Below are positions 25,135-31,820 of a stretch of DNA of 40,854 bases, in pieces; within the stretch, counting starts at the first letter, position 1, and every line of letters starts with the position of its first letter. This DNA comes from a virus. A program made the translations under genes and the position numbers. The notes below the pieces were generated by a model. The model searched no databases. It was not told the origin of the DNA and saw only the letters and a list, made by a program, of their open reading frames with translations. The stretch is from the IMG/VR virus record IMGVR_UViG_3300045988_109268, one strand, 5' to 3'.

Positions 25135-25245
25135 TGGTGGCTTGGGCGAGATTCGAATTCGCGGTGGCCCGACATGGTTAGTCTGTTTTGACCACGCCGT
25201 CGCAATCACTGCGATGGCCGGTTAGTCCTCTACCGTACGCAAGCC
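25135..25245 (-). ncRNA. 111-nt tRNA-like element (acceptor + T-arm + encoded CCA, no canonical anticodon loop)
   Basis: The 5' GGCTTGC pairs 6/7 with CCAAGCC, followed by A-CCA. The T-arm is GCGAA-TTCGAAT-CTCGC. The D-like arm is CGG-TAGAGGACTAA-CCG. A 9-bp hairpin has a GTGAT loop, and a 6-bp stem encloses a 20-nt loop. It starts 1 nt after tRNA-Trp. Confidence 0.4.
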
Positions 25246-25246
25246 G

Positions 25247-25322
25247 TGGCATGCGCGGTTGGCTTCGATCCAACGACCTGCGGTTTTGGAGACCGCTGCT
25301 CTACCTGCTGAGCTACGCGCAT
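25247..25322 (-). tRNA. tRNA-Trp: tRNA-Trp (anticodon CCA), CCA-encoded
   Basis: A manual cloverleaf folds as ATGCGCG-TA-GCTC-AGCAGGTA-GAGC-A-GCGGT-CTCCAAA-ACCGC-AGGTC-GTTGG-ATCGAAG-CCAAC-CGCGCAT-G-CCA. The A1-U72 pair and G73 fit bacterial Trp identity. The T-loop is unusual (A54). Confidence 0.85.
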
Positions 25323-25336
25323 AGGTGGGTATGAGT

Positions 25337-25368
25337 AAAGCCCCTGAGATGTATGTCCCAGAGGCTTT
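25337..25368 (-). terminator. 13-bp strand-specific hairpin between the regulator-like gene and the tRNAs
   Basis: The minus RNA reads AAAGCCUCUGGGA-CAUACA-UCUCAGGGGCUUU. Its two G-U pairs are valid only on this strand. The U tract is weak. Confidence 0.4.
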
Positions 25369-25411
25369 CGCACTTATCCTGATACGGAGTATACCACGGG
25401 GTGGCAACAGC

Positions 25412-26185
25412 CTACTGCCGGCTGGAATATGCCATTGCCATGCTGACTATCTCCCTGATGCTGAATTCGTAGTATCCGTCTTCTATTGGCTTGCTGCTGG
25501 GGAGTTTGCCCCGGCGTATCCACATGATGATTACTTTGCGGCTGACCTCGTATCCGTAGTTGTCCTTGAGCCACTGGCTCATGCCCGCAGGGGTCTTGGT
25601 CAGGTGGATTGCCTCGGCCTTGTCTCGGCTCTGCTCGCGCAGCTCGACCACGTTGATTGGGTTGCCGCATTTGCATAGCAGCAGTGATTCGCCTTTCGCG
25701 GCCATGACCTCGCGTCCGCATTCGGGGCAGACGCCGATTGTCCGGCGCGTGCGTGGCCTGCGGTCCACGAGCGGTTCGATGCGCTCGCAGGTGTGGATGA
25801 GCCATGTCAGCCAAGGTCCCGAACGGCTGGCGCGGCATAGGTCGGGCAGTCGTCGTGGCGAGTCCCTGAGCAGGGTCTGCCATCTCGGACGGCTTTCCAC
25901 GCCGGTTTCGTTCCACATGTCCTGCAAGCCGTCCTCGATCTGGTCGAGCATGTCCTGCGCGTGGAGGTTGATGGGCGCGGGCGCCGCGCCTCCTTGCGGT
26001 TTGCCGCCCGCTCCGGGTTCTCCGAGCTTGTAGGCGTGACGGGACACCTGTTGCAGGAGCATCATGTCGCGGCGGAGCCGGTGGAGCGTTTTCGCGTAGA
26101 CGCGGCGGCAGTCCCGGCAGAGCGTCCATGGTGCCTCGACCTGTCGGCTGCCGCAGTATTGGCATGGTTCGGTGGTGATGAACAT
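25412..26185 (-). CDS. Zinc-ribbon / C-terminal HTH DNA-binding protein (possible late-gene regulator)
   Basis: Cys pairs CQYCG...CRDC and CPECG...CKCG. An excisionase/MerR-like HTH is at TPAGMSQWLKDNYGYEVSRKVIIMWIRRGKLP. ATG 26185 is preferred. The alternative ATG 26308 lacks an SD and would encode a low-complexity basic leader. Confidence 0.5.
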   Translation of the reverse strand: MFITTEPCQYCGSRQVEAPWTLCRDCRRVYAKTLHRLRRDMMLLQQVSRHAYKLGEPGAGGKPQGGAAPAPINLHAQDMLDQIEDGLQDMWNETGVESRPRWQTLLRDSPRRLPDLCRASRSGPWLTWLIHTCERIEPLVDRRPRTRRTIGVCPECGREVMAAKGESLLLCKCGNPINVVELREQSRDKAEAIHLTKTPAGMSQWLKDNYGYEVSRKVIIMWIRRGKLPSSKPIEDGYYEFSIREIVSMAMAYSSRQ

Positions 26186-26191
26186 TATGTT

Positions 26192-26261
26192 GAAACCCTC
26201 CACGTTCCGGCTATGATGGTGCTTTGGTGAGCGTGCCCTCCGCCTGTTGGTGGAGGGTTTC
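26192..26261 (-). promoter_or_regulatory. Long-range 12-bp helix sequestering the SD of the 26185 gene
   Basis: On the minus RNA, GAAACCCUCCAC (26261-26250) pairs perfectly with GUGGAGGGUUUC (26203-26192). The latter contains the GGAGGG SD. An internal GGAGGG (26241-26236) offers an alternative partner. Confidence 0.45.
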
Positions 26262-26335
26262 GTTTTGTCTTTCGTTGGATTCAGTGTTTTTACGCTGAAT
26301 TCAGTCATGTATTCGCGTGTGTTTATCGGTATTTT

Positions 26336-26524
26336 TCAGACCAGTGGTTCGAAGAATTCCGGTGTCCACGCGTCCGCGCGTGATTTCGGCGGTTCGGGAT
26401 GCTCGATCACGTACAGCACCTCGCTCAACGGCAAACCGAGGAGTTTCGCCGTGTACTCGGGTGTCGCGGCCTTGACTTTATGCCATTTGAGTATCATCTC
26501 ACGCTGGTTGTTCGTCGCGCTCAT
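26336..26524 (-). CDS. Small HTH-like protein (62 aa)
   Basis: ATPEYTAKLLGLPLSEVLYVI resembles a helix-turn-helix. The gene is ATGA-coupled to the upstream ORF. Confidence 0.5.
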   Translation of the reverse strand: MSATNNQREMILKWHKVKAATPEYTAKLLGLPLSEVLYVIEHPEPPKSRADAWTPEFFEPLV

Positions 26525-26733
26525 GATTCCTCCTTGAGTGTGGTGACATATTCGATGGCCTTGCGCTCACGTTTCGCGTACCTCCCGCACTTGCGTTTGA
26601 GACGTTTGAGGCTCATGGCGTACAGGAAGTCTCTGAAGTTGCCGTCTTCGCAGATTTTGGCTTGATAACGGCCGCAGGTGCCTTCCGCGCCGATATGCGC
26701 AACCAAATGGTCTGTAAGCTGAATCTCGTTCAT
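26521..26733 (-). CDS. Hypothetical protein (70 aa)
   Basis: ATG 26733 has an ATGA overlap and a GAAAGGA SD. Confidence 0.5.
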   Translation of the reverse strand: MNEIQLTDHLVAHIGAEGTCGRYQAKICEDGNFRDFLYAMSLKRLKRKCGRYAKRERKAIEYVTTLKEES

Positions 26734-26975
26734 GCGTTTTCCTTTCGATATGGGTTTAGCGTGTATTCGGGCGATTCCTCGCCGGGCATGGGATTCATGT
26801 TCTTGACGGCTTGGATATACCCTTCTTCCCATGCTTTTTCGGCTATCTGCCGGTCATGCTCCTTGAGCCATGCTTGATAGGCGGCTCGGCCTTCCTCGAT
26901 GGTTGACTGGCCTGTACCGAAGCAACTCAATTCGACGGCGGATTGGACCAAATCGTCATACACTCGTGGTTTCAT
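26730..26975 (-). CDS. Hypothetical protein (81 aa)
   Basis: ATG 26975 has an ATGA overlap and a GAGGTGGAGG upstream. Confidence 0.5.
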   Translation of the reverse strand: MKPRVYDDLVQSAVELSCFGTGQSTIEEGRAAYQAWLKEHDRQIAEKAWEEGYIQAVKNMNPMPGEESPEYTLNPYRKENA

Positions 26976-27136
26976 TCCTCCACCTCGGTTTCCTCGCCGT
27001 ACTCGCCGTAGAGTTGGTCTGCCGCATCCTTGGTCGTGTAGAGGCATTTCGCGGGAGCGTGTTCGTAGTCGTAGATGGCGGCTGCGACGACCTCTCGAAA
27101 CTCCTCACGGGTGAATATCTTCGCCTTATAGCTCAT
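26972..27136 (-). CDS. Hypothetical acidic protein (54 aa)
   Basis: ATG 27136 is preceded by GGAGG. Confidence 0.45.
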   Translation of the reverse strand: MSYKAKIFTREEFREVVAAAIYDYEHAPAKCLYTTKDAADQLYGEYGEETEVEE

Positions 27137-27488
27137 CGTCTGCCTCCATCGGGTAATTGATGTCCTCAAGCGAGTACGCGGGATAGGTCCGCTTTACGCG
27201 TCCGAACGGTTTCTGCGTCTCCGGGCCTCTGAACGGTGGCTCATATTCCCACCATTCGCTGCCGTCGTATTCTTCGCGGCGCAGGAACCCGCCATCCGTG
27301 AACACCACGACCAGATCGGCGGCTATCTCCTGACCGCCGTATCCGTCGTCGTAATCGATGTCGAGCACCTTTTCGGCCTGACTCCACGGAATTCCCAGCT
27401 TCCCGTCGCGGGAGCCGACGAATCGAACGTCATCGGTCGAATGCCCGCTTTGTGAGATTTCACCCTTGGTTTCATCTAAAAGATTCAT
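27126..27488 (-). CDS. Hypothetical protein (120 aa)
   Basis: A full-length track ORF whose start overlaps the stop of the upstream gene. Confidence 0.55.
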   Translation of the reverse strand: MNLLDETKGEISQSGHSTDDVRFVGSRDGKLGIPWSQAEKVLDIDYDDGYGGQEIAADLVVVFTDGGFLRREEYDGSEWWEYEPPFRGPETQKPFGRVKRTYPAYSLEDINYPMEADDEL

Positions 27489-27664
27489 CCTTCCGTTGCC
27501 TTTCCTTGGTTGACTTCGTAAACCGCGCGGGCGAAGCCGAGCGGCGTCTTGCTTCGGTTGTTGGCTCTGTCCTTGCCGCTCATGTACCAGATACGATTCC
27601 GGTCAGGAGCCGGCAGGCTCATGTCCTGGCTGCGAGGAGGCAATTGGACGATACGATTGCTCAT
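27485..27664 (-). CDS. Hypothetical protein (59 aa)
   Basis: ATG 27664 has an ATGA overlap. Confidence 0.45.
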   Translation of the reverse strand: MSNRIVQLPPRSQDMSLPAPDRNRIWYMSGKDRANNRSKTPLGFARAVYEVNQGKATEG

Positions 27665-28290
27665 GCTTCCACCGCCTTGGCCGGACGGAACGGAGCTTGA
27701 GAGGTCACGTGCTTGCTGTTGAGGCCCGACCAAACAGACCCGGTGACGGGGGATTCCGGGTCACCGATAAGCAAAGCGACCAACTTCGAATTGTCCAGGC
27801 CGGAGATGGCGACGCTCCACAAGGCATTGTCCTTATCCCACCACAACCCGTCATGGTCGGGCAGCTTCGGCTTCCGACGCAAAGCGTAGGCGAAATCATC
27901 GGAGTCGATGCAGTACTCACCGTCTATCTCGCTGATGCGGATACGCAGGAGCATGTCGCCTAGAGGGTCAGGCTTGAGATCGATGACGCGGAAATGGTTT
28001 CCCTCCGTCGTGCAGGCAATATCGCCCACCTGCACGTTTTCGATGTTGTCGATGCGCTCATACTCGGGGTCATCCAACAGTTCGATGGATTGGATATTGT
28101 CTATTGGCTCAAAATCACAGGAAGAGTCATAGCCACGTGACGTGTACAAAGAACGGTTATCGCCTAAATCAATATCTCCTGTGTCATCTAACACTCCAGT
28201 AACAATGGTGCCGTTCTTCCATGTGGCCTTGACGTGCAGTCCGGCCATCTCCTTGCAGGTCTTGCCCTCCCAGAATGGTTTCTCACTCAT
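27661..28290 (-). CDS. Hypothetical protein (209 aa)
   Basis: ATG 28290 is preceded by GAAGGAGA. Confidence 0.6.
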   Translation of the reverse strand: MSEKPFWEGKTCKEMAGLHVKATWKNGTIVTGVLDDTGDIDLGDNRSLYTSRGYDSSCDFEPIDNIQSIELLDDPEYERIDNIENVQVGDIACTTEGNHFRVIDLKPDPLGDMLLRIRISEIDGEYCIDSDDFAYALRRKPKLPDHDGLWWDKDNALWSVAISGLDNSKLVALLIGDPESPVTGSVWSGLNSKHVTSQAPFRPAKAVEA

Positions 28291-28492
28291 TGGTGTTCTC
28301 CTTCTTTTTGTTCGCTTCGATCGCATCCAACAGGTCGAATTCGGCGAGTATGAGATGCGCCTGGGCGCGGGTCATTGATTTCAGCGTCTGCGAGTCGCGG
28401 CCGGCCATACGGCCGAGAGAGCCCAATTTCTCCTCGAGCGTGTCGGTCTGCTTCGCTAAGACGCGCAATCGTTCGTCAAGCAGTGCGGTCAT
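28283..28492 (-). CDS. Hypothetical coiled-coil protein (69 aa)
   Basis: ATG 28492 is preceded by ACGGAGGA. Confidence 0.5.
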   Translation of the reverse strand: MTALLDERLRVLAKQTDTLEEKLGSLGRMAGRDSQTLKSMTRAQAHLILAEFDLLDAIEANKKKENTNE

Positions 28493-28575
28493 TTGGTTTC
28501 CTCCGTTTCGTCGTTGCTGCAGATGATGTACAGGGCGCATTCCAGATTGACGGCCCACACTTTGATGCTGTTCAT
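28489..28575 (-). CDS. 28-aa ORF MNSIKVWAVNLECALYIICSNDETEETK
   Basis: The ATG is preceded by GAAGGGAG, and the stop overlaps the next ATG (ATGA). It is too short for the ORF track. Confidence 0.35.
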   Translation of the reverse strand: MNSIKVWAVNLECALYIICSNDETEETK

Positions 28576-28592
28576 TTCGGAGACTCCCTTCA

Positions 28593-28608
28593 GCCGGCGA
28601 GCGCCGGC
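28593..28608 (-). promoter_or_regulatory. Conserved GC hairpin, copy 1 (GCCGGCG-NN-CGCCGGC)
   Basis: The block CCCTT(C)AGCCGGCGAGCGCCGGC(G)TTGTTTC is shared with 29672-29702. On the minus RNA it lies between a CA-rich, G-poor tract and the SD of the next ORF. Confidence 0.5.
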
Positions 28609-28657
28609 GTTGTTTCTTGTGGTTGTTTCTTATGGTTGGTTGTTTTTTCTGGTTGTT

Positions 28658-28957
28658 TTATTGGTTTTCGTTGTGTGTGGGGCAGTAGAGGTGGCTTCGT
28701 TGTATGCCTTTGTTGCCTTCTTGCCAGCCGTGTTGGAGGGCGGTTTGGATGGCTGTGTTGGTGTCGTGGACGTCGAGCCATTCGGTGTCCATGTCGGGGC
28801 CGGTGTAGTCGCCGTCTGCTGTGATGTCTCCGGTGTCCTGGTTTTCCCGGAATTCGAGGCTGTTGTTGCATCCGATGGCGTCGCAGTGGATTTCCCAGAC
28901 GTGTTCTTCGATGGTTTTGATGATGCGTGTGGTGTCCGTGTAGGTTTTGACGCTCAT
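28658..28957 (-). CDS. Hypothetical protein (99 aa)
   Basis: ATG 28957 has an ATGA overlap and a GAAGGAA SD. Confidence 0.55.
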   Translation of the reverse strand: MSVKTYTDTTRIIKTIEEHVWEIHCDAIGCNNSLEFRENQDTGDITADGDYTGPDMDTEWLDVHDTNTAIQTALQHGWQEGNKGIQRSHLYCPTHNENQ

Positions 28958-29256
28958 GCTTGTTCCTTCGCTCGTTTCTTGCGTTCGTAGCGGCGTTTCA
29001 TTGCCCGGAATTCGTCGGGGTGCTCCTGTTGCCATCGGTGTTGGTAGTCGTTGACCCGTTTGCGGTATGCGGGGTCGTGTTTGCGTCTCCATTTGAGGTG
29101 GCAGTTGATGCATAGACCGTCCATGCGGATATGCCGGCGAGCGCTGCTGATGTCGCAGATGATGCAATGTTTGTCGTCGGTTTCGTCTGCGGGTTGGAGG
29201 TGGTGGGGTTCGAGGTTCAACCGGCATCGGTGGATGTACTTGTCCAGGTTGTTCAT
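28954..29256 (-). CDS. Cys-rich (zinc-finger-like) basic protein (100 aa)
   Basis: ATG 29256 has an ATGA overlap. It has the Cys pattern HCIICD...CINCH and a basic C-terminus. Confidence 0.55.
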   Translation of the reverse strand: MNNLDKYIHRCRLNLEPHHLQPADETDDKHCIICDISSARRHIRMDGLCINCHLKWRRKHDPAYRKRVNDYQHRWQQEHPDEFRAMKRRYERKKRAKEQA

Positions 29257-29663
29257 GGTTTTGTTTTTCTTCTTCGGAGGTTTTCCTTGCATTGTTTGCA
29301 GAGGATCGGGGTGCCGGCGTGCGGCCTGCATTCCTTGCCGCAGTTGGTGCAGTGCAATGGGTGTTTGGTGGGTGTGGAGTATGGTCGTATCGACCCGGTT
29401 TTGGCTATCGATGTGAGCGCCCAATCCAATTGGTCGAGGTCACGGGTCTTGCATGCGTGGCATACCGCGCCCGCCGTCATGTTCGACAATCCCGTGCCGG
29501 CGAGTGATTCCCACAACGCCCAGACGGCCGTGTACAGGTCCTCGCCGCCCTTGAGCCTCGCGTAGAGCGGGTTGGCCAGTATCATCCGGGCCGCTTCCAT
29601 GTGCGACCTGGCGTCCGCCTTCATGCGTTGGCGTTGCTTCTCGTTCGTCTGTTCGAACGTCAT
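29253..29663 (-). CDS. Hypothetical protein with C-terminal zinc-ribbon motifs (136 aa)
   Basis: ATG 29663 is preceded by TAAGGGAGGGG. Cys/His motifs CHAC...HCTNCGKEC...CKQC. Confidence 0.6.
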   Translation of the reverse strand: MTFEQTNEKQRQRMKADARSHMEAARMILANPLYARLKGGEDLYTAVWALWESLAGTGLSNMTAGAVCHACKTRDLDQLDWALTSIAKTGSIRPYSTPTKHPLHCTNCGKECRPHAGTPILCKQCKENLRRRKTKP

Positions 29664-29678
29664 GCTTCCCCTCCCTTA

Positions 29679-29694
29679 GCCGGCGAGCGCCGGC
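29679..29694 (-). promoter_or_regulatory. Conserved GC hairpin, copy 2
   Basis: It has the same 16-nt hairpin and flanks as 28593-28608. It sits 15 nt upstream of ATG 29663 and is preceded on the minus RNA by a CA-rich tract. Confidence 0.5.
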
Positions 29695-29723
29695 TTGTTT
29701 CCGTATCGGTTTGCTTGCGTGTG

Positions 29724-30098
29724 TTATCTGGGGTTGCCGTCCCGGTCGCAGAGCGTGTATCCGCCCTGGTTGTCGAGGAGCAGCCAGCCTCGGTGCGCGT
29801 CCCATACGGGGACGGTTTCGGGATGGTCTTCGCCCATGCTGACTATCCACCCGTATTCCATCGCCGTTTTGGGATGGTTGTGCACCCATCCGTGGCAGCC
29901 GGTGGTTCCCGATCCGCATAAATGGATGAGGTTGGCTGGCGAATGCAGTCCGGGGAACGGGTGGGAGCGCATGTGCCGGTGGTGGAGGCTGTGGCCGCTC
30001 CAGATGTGGTCCAATTCGTTGCCGCATCGCAGGCACCGGTAGTGGTCTCGTCTGGCGGTCAGCCTGTGTGTTTCCCTTGTGGGGTTGGTGCGGCTCAT
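29724..30098 (-). CDS. HNH endonuclease
   Basis: ATG 30098 has an ATGA overlap. Motifs CLRCG...HHRH...NLIHLCGSGTTGCHGWVH. Confidence 0.7.
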   Translation of the reverse strand: MSRTNPTRETHRLTARRDHYRCLRCGNELDHIWSGHSLHHRHMRSHPFPGLHSPANLIHLCGSGTTGCHGWVHNHPKTAMEYGWIVSMGEDHPETVPVWDAHRGWLLLDNQGGYTLCDRDGNPR

Positions 30099-30664
30099 TT
30101 GACGAGGTCCAGCCATTCCACGTATTCGCTGATGTCCATGTCCAGGCAGTCCGTCACACGATGCGATTTCGTCTGCGTGTAATGCTCGTACGGGTCTGCT
30201 CCCAACGCGGTTTGGGTCAACCGGATGGCGGTCATGTCCAACGCGCGGTAGGAGAGCAGTCGGTGGAAACGCCCCCACTGGTCCTCGGTGAACAGGTAAT
30301 GCTCCAAGAACGGCAGGTCGAAGCCCATCATGTTCGTGCCCGCCGGATGCAGCACATGCGTTTCCGCCATCGACTGGGTGAAATCGATGACGGCGAGCGC
30401 CACACGCGCCGTGGAGCACAGTTCGGGGCTCGCGTCGATGACCTCGTCGATGAGCCCGTTCGCCTCATGCATCCGATGCGCGTAGGCGAAACTCCTGTCC
30501 GTGGGCAGAACGCCGGGTTTTATCACCGACTCGTAACGCGCGTACTCGGTCTGCGCGTCCATGCTCGTGCACCTCAAGCCGATTTCCAGCATCAGGTCGT
30601 GGCGCGGATCCGTTCCCGTGGTCTCGATGTCCACCCACAAGAGGGCTTCGGTTTTCCTGGTCAT
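30095..30664 (-). CDS. DEDDh 3'-5' exonuclease (DnaQ/oligoribonuclease-like)
   Basis: Exo I motif LWVDIETTG. An Exo II-like motif is at GTNMMGFDLPFL. An Exo III-like motif is at HRVTDCLDMD. Confidence 0.75.
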   Translation of the reverse strand: MTRKTEALLWVDIETTGTDPRHDLMLEIGLRCTSMDAQTEYARYESVIKPGVLPTDRSFAYAHRMHEANGLIDEVIDASPELCSTARVALAVIDFTQSMAETHVLHPAGTNMMGFDLPFLEHYLFTEDQWGRFHRLLSYRALDMTAIRLTQTALGADPYEHYTQTKSHRVTDCLDMDISEYVEWLDLVK

Positions 30665-31635
30665 GCGATTTCCTCCAAATCGTCCTTCATCAATCCGAGC
30701 GCGGCGAGCGCGTCGGTGTCGGTTTTTCCTTGGTTGAGCAGTTCCGCCGCGCGCATCGCGAGCGGATCGTTGTCCGGCGCGTCACGGCCCAGCAGGTTGA
30801 GCACGTGCGTGCAGCCGAAGCTGTGCCGGTGGGGTTTCCGGGGTGGCGGCGTGGGATGGGCGAAGCCGCCTGCGAGCGTCGGTTCGGCTCGATTGGTGTT
30901 GCCGAGTCCGAGTTCGCGGCCGCGTCTCAGCCAGTTGCGGAACGCCGCCGCCGGGTCGGCCGGCAGATGGCCTCCGGCTATCGCATGGTCGCGGAACTTG
31001 GCGAGTTCGGCGTCCAGGTCGAGTCCGATTTCGTCGGCGAGCTGCCGGTGCGACTGGTCGGGGGTGAGGTTGGCGAGCGCTTGGAGTCGTGTGGTGTCGG
31101 GTTTTTCGGTTTTGCTGGCGCGCGTACTCTCTCTTGACGGTTCTATTGACGGTTCCTGTGACGGTTTGGGTGAAGTGGGTTTCACCCCTGAAACGAAGTG
31201 GGTTTCACCCGTGGGGTGAAGCGGGTTGCACCCGTGGGGTGAAGTGGGTTTCACCCGTGGGGTGAAGCCTGTTTCACCGGTGCAGCCGGTTTCAGGGGTG
31301 AAGTGGGTTTCACCCCTCTCAACCGTTGCGTCCATTGGGGTTTCGCTCTTTTTGGTCTTCGGGAACAGCTTGTAGACGACCGGTCGGCGTCCCTTCGCGT
31401 ATTTGGCCACGAGTTTCTGGTCGCCCTTGCGGATCAGACGCATCTGTTCGAGCTTGCGGAGCAGCAGTTGGATGCTGCGTTCGCTTTTCTCCGTCTCCTC
31501 CGCCATGGTCTTCACGCTCGGCCACGCCATGCCCTCGTCGTTCGCGTAATCCGCGAGCACGATAAGCAGCAGTTTCGCCGTGCTGTCCCCATGCAATCGG
31601 GTCTTCTTGGCCTTCGCCACCAGTTCGATGCTCAC
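30661..31635 (-). CDS. Replication initiator (lambda O-like, winged-helix N-terminus) containing the iterons
   Basis: GTG 31635 is preceded by AGGAGGG. The N-terminus (LLLIVLADYANDEGMAWPSVKTMAEETEKSERSIQLLLRKLEQMRLI) looks like a wHTH. The central linker is encoded by the repeat array. Confidence 0.65.
   Translation of the reverse strand: MSIELVAKAKKTRLHGDSTAKLLLIVLADYANDEGMAWPSVKTMAEETEKSERSIQLLLRKLEQMRLIRKGDQKLVAKYAKGRRPVVYKLFPKTKKSETPMDATVERGETHFTPETGCTGETGFTPRVKPTSPHGCNPLHPTGETHFVSGVKPTSPKPSQEPSIEPSRESTRASKTEKPDTTRLQALANLTPDQSHRQLADEIGLDLDAELAKFRDHAIAGGHLPADPAAAFRNWLRRGRELGLGNTNRAEPTLAGGFAHPTPPPRKPHRHSFGCTHVLNLLGRDAPDNDPLAMRAAELLNQGKTDTDALAALGLMKDDLEEIA
31168..31316. repeat. Iteron array (putative origin of replication): 5-7 copies of GGGGTGAAGTGGGTTTCACCC
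   Basis: Each unit is itself an inverted repeat (GGTGAA-N6-TTCACC). The spacing is about 22-23 bp. The array is embedded in the initiator gene, as in lambda O/ori. Confidence 0.7.
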
Positions 31636-31820
31636 GGCTCCGCCCTCCTGATCTCCACATCGGTCACATGGCACGAATCGTCCAACAGGGCCAGCATGTC
31701 CGAGAGCAGCATCGGCGTGACCCCAGCACCCACCTCGGCGCGCGAATCCACCACCAGACGCTCCACGCTCACCGGCGCGTCATCGCCGTTGCGCACCCTG
31801 ATAACCACTTTCGTGTTCAC
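31632..31820 (-). CDS. Hypothetical protein (62 aa)
   Basis: GTG 31820 overlaps the ParB-like stop (GTGA), and its stop overlaps the initiator start. Confidence 0.4.
   Translation of the reverse strand: MNTKVVIRVRNGDDAPVSVERLVVDSRAEVGAGVTPMLLSDMLALLDDSCHVTDVEIRRAEP

Noticed and set aside
31168-31316. The repeat array as a CRISPR array.
   Set aside because: The repeats are contiguous or nearly so, with no unique spacers of comparable length. Each is a dyad. They lie inside an ORF encoding an initiator-like protein. No cas genes are present.
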